Origin: Clostridiales bacterium
Lineage (GTDB): Bacteria; Bacillota; Clostridia; Lutisporales; Lutisporaceae
Direction of reading: 5' to 3'
Length of the DNA: 39,589 nt
Assembly: GCA_012842725.1 (NCBI GenBank)
Contig: DUSG01000066.1
Location: forward strand, 1 to 39,589
The position numbers and the translations under genes are program-made. Below the pieces are notes generated by a model. The model was not told the DNA's origin and searched no databases. It saw nothing but the letters and a program-made list of their open reading frames with translations. Of the stretch, positions 38,158-39,589 are shown piece by piece (position 1 is the first letter of the stretch; every line of letters begins with the position of its first letter).

Positions 38158-39256
38158 GAGACATTATATAATACCAATTTTTGTACCTCACAAAGGATGT
38201 CCGCATGATTGCATCTTCTGCAACCAGAAAAGAATTACGGGACAGGTTAATGATTTGACCGTTAAAGATGCAAGAAATATTATTGAAAAGCATTTAAGCA
38301 CGATTAAAGGCAAACAAGCAAATATCGAGATTGCTTTTTTTGGAGGAAGCTTTACAGGAATTCCACTGGATGAACAAAATAGATTATTGGATTTAGCAAA
38401 TGAATATGTTTTACAAGGCCAGGTAGATTATATTAGATTATCTACAAGACCTGATTATATAAGTGCCGAAATAGTGGACAATTTGAAAAGACATAATGTG
38501 AAGATAGTTGAACTTGGCATTCAATCGATGGACAAGGATGTATTATCAGCTGCCAATAGAGGTCATAGCTCAGAAGATGTAGTTAAGGCTATTAAATTAT
38601 TGAAACAGAAAGATTTCATAGTTGGTGCACAGTTGATGGTAGGTCTCCCTCTAGATAATGAGGAAAAAGCGCTGGAAACTGCAAAGAAGATAGCAGAACT
38701 GAAACCTCATATAGCTAGGATTTATCCTGTATTGGTGATAAAAGACACATATTTGGAAACAATGTATTTAAATGGCTCTTATGAGCCTTTAACAATTGAG
38801 CAAGCTGTTAAAATATCAAAAAAAATGCTTCTATGTTTAGAAAAATCGGGAATTAAAGTTATAAGGATTGGACTCCAACCAACTGAGGATCTCCAGATAG
38901 GACAAAATGTTGTGGCTGGACCCTATCATCCTTCAATGAGACAGCTAGTAGAAACAGATATTTTTAAAGATATGATTGTTTATTCGTTAAATAAGATACA
39001 TGAAGATAATATTAGAGAAATAATAATTTTAGCTAATCCAAAAGATTTATCTTCAGTAATAGGTCAGCATAAATCAAATTATAGGTTTATAAAAGAGAAA
39101 TATAGAAATGCAAAAATATACTTCAAGGATGATAGGACAGTTGCTCTAGGAAGCATAATCATAAATATAGTGAATAATGATGAAAAATCAATAAAAATGT
39201 CTAAAAATACTTTTTGTGAAGAAGGAATTTTAGAAGGAATTATAAACCAAACATAG
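38150..39256 (+). CDS. Elp3-like radical SAM protein of unknown function
   Basis: GCPHDCIFC (CxxxCxxC), FFGGSFT, STRPD, ELGIQS, RIYP, AGPYHP; overlaps the rnc stop. Confidence 0.9.
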   Translation: MSKRHYIIPIFVPHKGCPHDCIFCNQKRITGQVNDLTVKDARNIIEKHLSTIKGKQANIEIAFFGGSFTGIPLDEQNRLLDLANEYVLQGQVDYIRLSTRPDYISAEIVDNLKRHNVKIVELGIQSMDKDVLSAANRGHSSEDVVKAIKLLKQKDFIVGAQLMVGLPLDNEEKALETAKKIAELKPHIARIYPVLVIKDTYLETMYLNGSYEPLTIEQAVKISKKMLLCLEKSGIKVIRIGLQPTEDLQIGQNVVAGPYHPSMRQLVETDIFKDMIVYSLNKIHEDNIREIIILANPKDLSSVIGQHKSNYRFIKEKYRNAKIYFKDDRTVALGSIIINIVNNDEKSIKMSKNTFCEEGILEGIINQT

Positions 39257-39259
39257 AAT
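39235..39259 (+). promoter_or_regulatory. SigH promoter of spoVS, within the 3' end of the radical SAM gene
   Basis: AGGA-17 nt-GAAT exact pattern; spoVS is SigH-dependent in B. subtilis. Confidence 0.7.
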
Positions 39260-39309
39260 ATATAATCAGTCATAATATTTTATAATGTTATTCGAGGGGG
39301 TATTCTATT

Positions 39310-39570
39310 ATGGAAGTACTAAAAGTATCAGCTCAATCACAGCCTAAATCAGTCGCAGGTGCTTTAGCGGCAGTTTTGAGAGAGAGGTCTACAGCAGAGC
39401 TTCAAGCTGTAGGAGCCGGAGCTGTAAATCAAGCAGTTAAGGCAATAGCTATTACTAGAGGGTTTGTAGCACCAAATGGTATTGATCTTGTTGTTATACC
39501 TGCCTTTTCTGAAATACAGATTGACGGTGAAGACAGGACAGCAATAAAATTCATTATAGAACCAAGATAA
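39310..39570 (+). CDS. spoVS: Stage V sporulation protein S
   Basis: MEVLKVSAQSQPKSVAGALA...QAVGAGAVNQAVKAIAI.RGF. Confidence 0.97.
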   Translation: MEVLKVSAQSQPKSVAGALAAVLRERSTAELQAVGAGAVNQAVKAIAITRGFVAPNGIDLVVIPAFSEIQIDGEDRTAIKFIIEPR

Positions 39571-39589
39571 TTATTGATATTAAAAGTTA

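Noticed and set aside
1-39589. CRISPR arrays, IS or prophage genes, tRNA/rRNA genes, riboswitches, defence systems
   Set aside because: No spaced direct repeats, transposase or integrase motifs, or recognisable structured RNA genes of these classes were seen; gene content is core and syntenic

Overview
Low-GC, core-genome region of an endospore-forming Clostridia (Firmicutes) bacterium. It holds about 45 mostly housekeeping genes in the conserved order rqcH <- -> dapF-yicC-remA-gmk-rpoZ-coaBC-priA-def-fmt-yugP-rsmB-rlmN-stp1-pknB-rsgA-rpe-thiN, two unannotated ~50-aa membrane ORFs, rpmB (minus), asp23-fakA-recG, rsmD-coaD-coiled-coil ORF, ylbJ/spoVV (minus), patatin, tmcAL (minus), ackA, yceD-rpmF, the FapR-controlled fatty-acid operon (fapR-plsX-fabH-fabK-fabD-fabG-acpP-fabF), rnc, a radical SAM gene and spoVS. 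I see no mobile element, CRISPR array, tRNA/rRNA or defence island, and no large novel system is evident. The most interesting signals are small and absent from the ORF track. (1) A tandem pair of possibly paralogous two-helix membrane microproteins sits where spoVM lies in Bacillus subtilis, with no spoVM visible. (2) A probable CsfG-like forespore sRNA lies antisense between recG and rsmD. (3) The uncharacterised coiled-coil protein after coaD has a 29-residue internal duplication. (4) There are three SigH-like promoters, one overlapping a Spo0A box and next to a dyad site upstream of stp1-pknB. (5) ackA appears without pta. All product calls come from manual motif and synteny recognition; no database searches were run.
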